This document shows, in pieces, positions 54,871-64,000 of a stretch of 64,000 nt of DNA (within the stretch, counting starts at the first letter, position 1; every line of letters starts with the position of its first letter). The stretch is from the NCBI RefSeq assembly GCF_009914755.1, contig NC_060938.1; one strand, written 5' to 3'. The notes beneath the pieces are model-generated. The model was not told the DNA's origin and made no database searches. It saw nothing but the letters and a program-made list of their open reading frames with translations. Source of the DNA: the human T2T-CHM13v2.0 reference genome, Homo sapiens. The translations under genes were made by a program, and so were the position numbers.

Positions 54871-55599
54871 TGAGGCTTGGCTTCTAAGAACTGCACACCT
54901 TCTAATAGTATAATGATATGCCCCCTTGTTGTGTCATGACTAACATTGATTTAATTTAGAGAAAATTGTAATTGATCTATTTTTCTTCTGCAAACAATGG
55001 TTTCTTTTTGACTTTGTTAAAATGAAGATGAATAGCTTTTTATTTTAGAGAGCCAAATTGTAGCAGCTCTTTGTAAATACTTTCTGCATTCTAGAAAAAC
55101 AACTTTGATTGGATGGCAGAACTGGAGATTAGTAGAATTAGGAAAATTTCTGAGTTACTCTTTGTTGGGTTTTTGTGAGCTAAGGGGATTTTTAGGGTGT
55201 TTGTGATGTTTCTTTATGACTTGAAAGGTAAATTGCGTCGGTGACATCAGCCTTGATTCTGTCATAAAGATGCTTACAAGATGAGCATCTTGTGTCATGC
55301 TCAGAGGTAAAGGGCGGCTCCTGGAAGATAGAAATCTGACAGGGGTAAGAATCTGACAGGGGTAAGAATGTGGAGATTCTTGTGAAGCAAGCACTTCAGT
55401 TACGGCAGCTGCTGTTGTTCAGAGCACAGATGTTTGCACATTGTTTTACTTTCTAGTCACTGGCTTTCATCAATGGAATCCTTCCTTTTGGAGGATTATT
55501 ATTGATGTCAAATGTTGTCAGATGAAACTCAAGGCATGGCCTGGGGTACCTCTGTGGTCAGAGAGATCCGACTAGACGTACTTTCACTCATATTTGACT

Positions 55600-55930
<331 letters not shown>

Positions 55931-56269
55931 TAGGCAGATAGGCCTCGTGCTACAGATAAGGACATCAGGAGCTTAGAGGCTGGATGGATGCTTCACTCAG
56001 CTCGCCTGGTGACAGTGGGATTCCTGGTCCATAGGTCTTCTTCTGACCCACATTGCTTCTTAGTTTGGTCCAACTTTGAAAGTTGCATGTTTCATTTGAA
56101 ATGAAGAAGGCCTAAGCCAGAATGGTACAGCTGTCACATCCAAGTGTAAGATCCATTTCTAACTGCCAGAGGCATGGCAGATGCCTCAGAGAAGGGAGGA
56201 GTCCATTTGGATGGAGCTGTGTGTGGCTGACATCTTCCTACTCCATGTCCTTCACTTTGGCACGTAGGT

Positions 56270-57085
56270 TAGCAGTTCTCAAGCTTTTTGGTCTGTCTTG
56301 CGTTTAAATGGCTGTTCTCCCAGGCTTGATTTTGTAACACCATGCTTTGATTCCTTGAGAACATTGATTCTCTGAGTTATGCAGACCTTCCAAATGTGAC
56401 ATATTTCATTATACAATATCAAAAAAGCACATGGGTTAATATCAACCCCCAATGTCATCAAAACAGCATGTAGGTGTTGGGGAGCTGTCAGGCTTACAGA
56501 GGCTGGTACAAGTTTTCCAAAGTTCTTTCTTTTTTTTTCTGGAAAGCTCAAATTTATCCTTGGCAGCAAATGCTGTTGTTTTTCCTGGAGTGACGGGCTT
56601 ACTACATTCATTTTTTTGAGAAAATGATTATAGAACACTCAGGTGTGAAGAACCCTGGTTTGTCCATCAGTTGTTCTTTCAAGTGAAAATGATGTTCCCT
56701 CAGAAGAAGCTCACAGCTTGACTGCACAGTGCTCAGTTTGGCTGGTGTGCAGCAAAAGTGCTTCATAAAGAGACCTGTACTCAAGGGTTGAGCTTTAATA
56801 AAATTAATATTGTTTACAGCGTCATCAAAGGCCTTTGTATATGAACTTGGCATCTTTCTTGTAGGTGGCAGTGAAGAAGAGCACAGCGACGTGGTGCCTG
56901 TCCCGGCTGGTGCTGAGGCAGCCCAGGTGCCGCCACCATGGCTCCCGCAGTATTAGTGCAGGTGTCACACAACGACAAAGGAAATTAGAGCTTGGCATTG
57001 TTAAGGACGTAATTCTGACCTCAGGGACTTCCTGAAGGGGTCTCAGGGACTCAGGGGTCTGTGGACCACACTTTTAGAACTGCTG
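56270..57085 (-). mobile_element. Charlie1-family hAT transposon, internally deleted
   Basis: TIR-like ends agcagttctc / agaactgctg. The minus-strand ORF 56608-56853 contains DDAVNNINFIKAQPLSTGLF, similar to the Charlie/Buster transposase motif. Confidence 0.75.
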
Positions 57086-57114
57086 CTGTTGAGTATTGGA
57101 AAGTTCCCCATTCG

Positions 57115-58200
57115 GCACATTCCTTGAGGGCCGACTCTGTGCCAGGTGTTGTGCTAGGTGCTGGGGATACTCAGATGAACGGCACAGTCCCTGACTGCAA
57201 GGAGCTCACGGTCTAATGGAGAAGGGGGTCAAGTAAACAGATGCTTGCAAAACCTTCTCGTAAGTGCCATGATCACAGTAAGCAGAAGGGATGCTCTGCT
57301 AGAGTGTAGGTGGAGCCCCCAGCCCAGCTTGGTATTCTGGTGGTGGTGATAAGGGGTGTTTCCTGGAGGAAGTATCACTGAGCTGAGTTTGGAAGGGTAG
57401 AAGTAGAAGTAAAGCCAGTTAAAGAAGATGGGGGAGGTGTTCCATGAAGATAGAGTGGCTCGGGAAAAGGCTTGGAAGCAGGCGAAAGTGTGCAGTGTTC
57501 AAGAAACCACAAATAGTTCAGTAGGGCTGCAGTACAAGAGTTGGGGGTGGGGGCTCAGGGATAAGAGGGGGCCAAAGAAGTATCTGGAGGCCAGATCCCA
57601 AAGACAATGGAGATCCACTACAGGAGTTTAGCAGGGATGTGAGGTGATCAAATCTGCACTTTGGAAGGATCACTCAGACATAAAGAAGAGGAATGGGATG
57701 CGGAGTGATGAGAGTGATGGATAAACCAGTTGAGGTTGTTGCCGGAGTCCAGAAAACACCACTTAGGCCCAAAGCAAGGAGGTGACAATGGAGGTGAATG
57801 TGTGGATATTTAGAAGATATTTAATGTCCTATATCTGCAGATATTCGAATAGGCAGGATTTGATGATTGATTCAATGTAGAGGGCAAAAAATATGGAATC
57901 AGTCAAAGATACACCAAGATTTGTAGATTGATGGCTGCACGGTGGTGCTTTCATAGAGGTGAGGGGTGTGGGAAGAGGATTAGAGGCAAGATGACCATGC
58001 GAACTTCATGTATCATATTCACACACACGTGTGCATCGCTCTATCTTCAGGCAGAAGTGTCCAGAAGGAGTCAGAGCTGGAGCTTGAGAGGGTTCTGGCC
58101 TTGAGGTGTCAGCTGAGGAGTCATCAGTGTAGGTCGTGGTTGAGGGCCCCCTTGTTGATGAGATCACCCAGAAGGAGAGTGTGGACTTGCCGACTATAGT
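57115..58200 (-). mobile_element. L2 fragments
   Basis: ctctgtgccaggtgttgtgctaggtgctggggatac...caaggagctcacggtcta...ggcaggatttgatgattgatt. Confidence 0.7.
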
Positions 58201-58384
58201 CACAGGGCTCAAGTCAGGAGAGAAGTCAAAGCAAGCCACGGGTTTTAGGAGGAGGGAAACCTGAGGCCTGGATCATCCTGGTCCTTCACGTCTGCAGAGG
58301 AGAGCAGAGAAGAATTTTAAATTATTAACTCCTCAACTAAACTACATATCGTCAGAACATGCTTTTCAAATTAATTTAATTGTT

Positions 58385-58686
58385 GATTTTATTTAGTTTT
58401 TTAGAGACAGGGTCTCGCTCTGTCACCCACGCTTCAGTATAGTGGTGCAATCATAGTTTACTGCAGCCTTGAGAAACTCCTGAGCTCAAGTGATCCTCAG
58501 CCTCCTGAGTGGCTGGGACTGTAGGCATGCACCACCCTGCTTGGCTAAGTTTTTTAAAAAGTTGTTTTAGAGACAGGGTCTTGCTATGTTGCCCAGATTG
58601 GTCTTTGAACTCTTGGCCTCAAGTCATCCTTTCACCTTGGCCTCCCAAGGTGTGGGGACTACAGGCATGAGCCACTGCGCCTGGCC
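58385..58686 (-). mobile_element. AluJ
   Basis: TSD agaacatgctttt. Confidence 0.9.
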
Positions 58687-60455
58687 AGAACATGCTTTTA
58701 AATGTAACATACTAAACATGATATTTTATGAGAATACAGCCTATATAATATACGATTTTGTTCCTGAGCTCACACAGACTTTAGGTCTGTAAAGGATGGT
58801 AAAAATACCAATTACAGTTTATATTTCCTTTTCCCACCAGAACATTTTTATTTTAAAAGTAGGGTGGTTTTTCCTTCCCATCTATGGTTTCATAGTTCTC
58901 GGAAATGTTAACCCTTCTTTCTCTATACGAATAAGGTGTCCTGGTAATTTTGCAAGTGATGATTTCCATTATGGTGGGTGGCCACGACGGAAATGATGTT
59001 AGAAGTGCCAGCGTGCACGTGAAGTTTAGACAAGATCTGTTCCTTGGCCCTGCGGTGACGGGAAGAGGGGAGATGGAGGTGTTCACTCTCGTCTTAGAGC
59101 TTGGTGTCAGGAAGCTCTGTCTGGAGGTTTCCCTCCGTGGTGGGAGGGGTGAAGCAGACATGGGAGGGGGAAAAGGCGGGTCTGCAACAGGAGCCCAGCC
59201 TCTCGCACCGAGCATCCCTCAGTGAAGCGCCCAGGCCCACACCACGCAGCCAGCCTCACTGGGCTGGGGGAGGGCTCACGATTACTTTCTGTTTCTCTGC
59301 GTTTGAAAATCTTGTGTAATGTGCTTCTGCACTTTTAAAATCAAGAGGAATAAAATAATAACCAAATAAAATGACTCTTAGCCCTGAGCTTGTGACACAC
59401 AGGCAATTTGCTTATCACCTAGGCCACCAATTAATAGTACTTCCCTATAACTCAGGGCCTGGGGGGTTCCAATGGAAGAGCTGAGCATGTCTGGAGGATG
59501 TTCCTGTCTGATACCAGCCATCCTAACTTCCAGAATATAGGCAACTTGGCAGCAAGAGTTTTAAGGTTATTATCAACCTGGTATGTGGTTGTGGAAGTTG
59601 ATATATCTTTACATATTTTTACTTAAAGCTTTTTAGCTCTACCTATACATGGGAGCAGGGGCTAACACAGTATTTTGTTTTATTGATATATTTTTCGTTT
59701 TGTGGTTACTGAAAGTGAATTGTATGGCACGTTGCTCTCACTTGTAATCAGTGACGGTGTAGCCTAAGAAACCTGGTCACTCAACTGCATTGCTCAGCGG
59801 AGAGGAAGCTTCTGTACGTCTTGGACCTTACTATTGGTAGCCCGTGCTCAGCAGCTGGCCTCTTGCAAAGGGAGGACTATTGAGGATGAAGAGAAGAATC
59901 TTGACATCTCAACCTCTTCTCACCCTGGTTTCTGCATCATAGTTTTACCATTTGGTTAGAACACCAGTTCAATGCACAGTCAGATATACAGTGCAGGCAA
60001 AATACGAAACCAAAGATACAGAGTAATTACTTTTCCATTATCCCAATGTACTTTTTCTGTGAGCAAATGAATTCCTAACCACAGCTTGTATACCGGTGTC
60101 TTAACGTCAGGTAAAGGATCCAGGGGCAGGTTCCAAATTGAAGCTATATTTTGCTTTAGTTCACCTCCATTAACACTTAGGTCCAAGTGTCGTCTCTAGT
60201 CGGTTGCTGTAAACTGAACTGAAGTGCCTCCACTACAAGGAGATGAGGAAAAGCATGGAAGGAGGAGCCATGTGGTGGGAAGGTGCACGGAGGCCCGGTG
60301 GCAGATTTCAGCTGAGATTTTTCAAAAGCCTACACACTTTCTAACAGTGGAACCACTTGCCTTAGAAAGTGCCCGCCCCCAATTGCATTTGAAGGTTCAA
60401 GCAGAGGCTGGATGATGCCTAACATGGTTATTGCAGCAGGACTTCTTACATTTAC

Positions 60456-60738
60456 TTTTTTTTTTTTTTTTTTTGGAGACAGTGTCTTGCTCTGCCCAGG
60501 CTAGAGTGCAGTGACACGGTCATAGCTCACTGCAGACTCAAGCACCTGGGCTCAAGTGATCCTACTGCCTGAGCCGCCCAAGTGGCTAGGACCGTAGGCA
60601 TGTGCCACCATGCCTGGCTAATTTTGTTGTTGTTGAGACAGGGTCTCACTTGGTTGCCCAAGCTGGTCTTGAACTTAGTCCTCCTGCCTCAACATCTCAA
60701 AGTGTTGCGATTACAGGCTTGAGGCACCACGCCCAGCC
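60456..60738 (-). mobile_element. AluJ
   Basis: Antisense Alu. Confidence 0.88.
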
Positions 60739-60803
60739 TCTTACTTTAACTTTTAAATTTTTCCTGCTTTTATATAGAGCTTTTTAAAATTTGAGCCTCT
60801 CCA

Positions 60804-60918
60804 AGCCGGGCAAAGTGGCTCATGCCTATAATCCCAGCTGTTGAGAGGCTGAGACGGGGGAATCACTTGAGGCCAAAAGTTCAAGACCAGCCCGAGCAAC
60901 ATAGCAAGACCGTCTCTC
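60804..60918 (+). mobile_element. FLAM / Alu left monomer
   Basis: gccgggcaaagtggctcatgcc...caacatagcaagacc. Confidence 0.82.
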
Positions 60919-63352
60919 CCTCCCTTTTGTCTCTTAAAACAAAAATGCCTCCCAGTAGCCTTGCAAAACAAGACCATTATCCATATGATACAGGTGAGGA
61001 AATTGGGTCTGGCTGAGTGACTTGTTCAGGATAATTTGACTCCACATCTTTTGACATCCAGGGCTCTTTCCATTTGTCACACCTGCTGCCTTCTGCTCCA
61101 GGAGAAGCAGATTGTGCCACTGCACTCCAGCCTGGGCAGAAGGAAGGGGACACCGGCCCTTTTGACTCTAGAGTGTCTGTGCCATGTGACAACACATGAT
61201 GAAATGGAATAGGAATGGATCTAAAAATCATTGAGATTAGGATCTACAGATACATTTCTACGTGCTAATATGTCGGTTTTATAATGTACTTCTGTGGCTA
61301 ACCACAGACCACTGGCAGGGAATGTATCTGTGGTTAGATAGCTAGAGTGTTTGTTCACTCCCTATCAGGAGGGCAGTAAATCAAGAAGGCAGGTTGAAGC
61401 ACAGCTTCAAATGCTGCCACGTGGCTGTGGAAGACTGTGGAATAAGCAGCAGCCAGCCAGCCTGGTGTGTGAGATGAGGGATCCGATCGGTTGCTCGTGT
61501 TGGAACAAAGGCATTTTGCAGCCCTCCAGGTGGTTGCAGATGATTGCAAGGGGAAGCTCTGATGTCCTACCAGAGGGCAGGTTGCATGTATCTTCAATAT
61601 AGTTAGGAGTCCTTAGTATCCTAGGACATATGTTTTTTTTTAGTTCCACCTTTTGAGACCATAGCTCCATCGTTAATGGTGTTTTTGAATACCAAATGCA
61701 GGCACTATATATGAGAATACATGTGCATGTGGCTGTGTGTGTATGTGTGTGAGAGAGAGAGGGGAAACCCTGGTAACTGATGAATAATCATTTAACAACA
61801 CTCAGCTGTTTGAATAACAATAGTAATAATTCTTTGTATTTGTAAGCTCCATTCACAGATATGATTTGAATGGTAATATAACTAGGGTTAAAAATCATTA
61901 TTGTTCTCACCAGTGCTCTGAGGAAGTTGAGCCCCCAGCTGGAGGATGAGGGCAGGGAAATAAAGATCTTGTACTGCACCTTCTCTGTCTTCCTTTGATT
62001 TATCTTTTTCATATTCATTTATATTATTTCTCCACACCCCCTCCATCTCTCTCATTTTCTTTCTTAGCCCCTCTTGTAGGTGATACCTCTTGGACTGGGA
62101 CTTGCAGAGCCAGTGATTGTGCCAAGAAATGCCGTTTCTTTTTTCTTTATTATCCCCATGCCCCACATGAAAGGCCATTGAACTTAAACTTGCCTGCAGG
62201 GGGTGGCAGTAGAGGAAGCCCACTTGGAGGGGCTTTGCCAGCCAAAGCCACACTCCTCCTTTCTTCAGTTGCGTTTCTTATTTCCATTTCTTTGGTTCCC
62301 GCTCAGGCTGCTGAAGCGTCTCTCCAGTCTTTTCCTATTTTAGCACGCCTTCTTTTTGGCCTGCTTTGCCCCACCAGACATGCTGTTGTCACCAGTCCAA
62401 TCCATCTGTGTTTTCTGGATACACACTGGGTGTCAATGCTTTGACAAGTGTGGGTTCCAGCAAGCCTAAGCGCCGGGCCCTACAGAGCCATCTCCTCCGG
62501 GAAGAAGACCCAGCCCCCTGTGCCCTTCTGGTTTGAGATGCGTGATCCTGCCGTGCCCTCCGGTTCCAGGGTGGGGTGGGACGGCCAGCTTATGATGTGT
62601 AACTAGCTGCTTGTCGTCCAGACTCAGTTGCTTTTAATAAAATTGCCACTTAAGAGACCCTGCTGCTGGCAGAGTAGCTTCTTTTCTTCTGCTTGTGCTA
62701 GTTCCCGGCTCACAGCAGCATCTGCCCTGCACGTGGGTGGTGTCGGCCTTGCCCTGGCCGCACTGTGGCTGTGTCCCCACTTAGCCATCAGAACCAGGCA
62801 TTTCCAGTGGAGTGCAGTGTTGCAGGAGGGTCACCAGGCTTAGTGTGATGAGGCCTGGATTACACTTCGGGTCTGGACGTCCTCTCTGAGCCTGAATTTC
62901 TGTGATCTATAAAATTGGATAAAGTATCAAATAATACCGATCCTAACAGTCTTGATCATTGTAGAAACAAATGAACCAATGTCTGGTTAGAGCCTGGACC
63001 GTGAAAGTGCTAGAACGTGTTCATTCTTCCTGCGTAGATTGAGTGTCTCCAGGGTGCCAAGCCCAGTTCTAGGCTCTGGGAAAGAGCAGTGAAGACAACA
63101 AACCAACAAAACAAGTCCTCACATTCTAGTGGGAGAGGGACAGTGGGCAAGCAAGCAGATAAGTGAACAAGAGAGTTCCCTGGAGGGTTGAGTATGGTGA
63201 AGAACTAAAACAGTGACTGAAGGGACAGAGTGTGTAGCCTGGCTGTCACTTGGTATCTCTCTACTTAAACTGGAGTCAGGCGCCATTTCCTCCAGGAAGC
63301 TTTCCCTGATTCTTCCAGGCTAAAGTAACCACAGCTGTGGTGCATTGTGTAG

Positions 63353-63979
<627 letters not shown>

Positions 63980-64000
63980 AACACAGTAAGTAGCTTTTCA

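Noticed and set aside
56855-56875. CTCF-like GTAGGTGGCAGTG
   Set aside because: The 5' core (CCA) is mismatched and it lies in Charlie1 sequence; not supportable by eye.
59349-59370. Twin AATAAA as an intronic polyadenylation site
   Set aside because: The hexamer is common in A-rich intron sequence, and there is no clear GU-rich downstream element or terminal exon.

Overview
Primate, most likely human, genomic DNA (AluY/S/J, L1PA, THE1B). It is centred on a CpG-island promoter (~32.25-33.35 kb) that carries the first coding exon of EML1 (echinoderm microtubule-associated protein-like 1) on the + strand. The ATG at 32913 encodes MEDGFSSYSSLYDTSSLLQFCN and is followed by a phase-1 donor (G|GTGAGG) at 32979/32980. 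The remaining 31 kb is intron 1, and no exon-2 peptide is visible. The rest of the window is a dense mosaic of ~37 Alu-family elements, L1/L2/CR1 LINE relics, MIRs, MaLR solo LTRs and DNA-transposon fossils. Nearly all ORFs in the supplied track are Alu-derived, GC-composition or chance ORFs. I found no credible novel multi-gene or RNA-guided system. The best leads are regulatory: a near-perfect RFX X-box whose central ATG also opens a strong-Kozak 28-codon uORF, candidate alternative first exons at ~13.4 kb and ~49.1 kb, a repeat-orientation bias suggesting the upstream half is also transcribed on +, and several small DNA-repair or duplication scars. Repeat subfamily calls and the EML1 identification are by eye from remembered consensus and protein sequences. 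Boundaries are approximate unless a TSD is cited.
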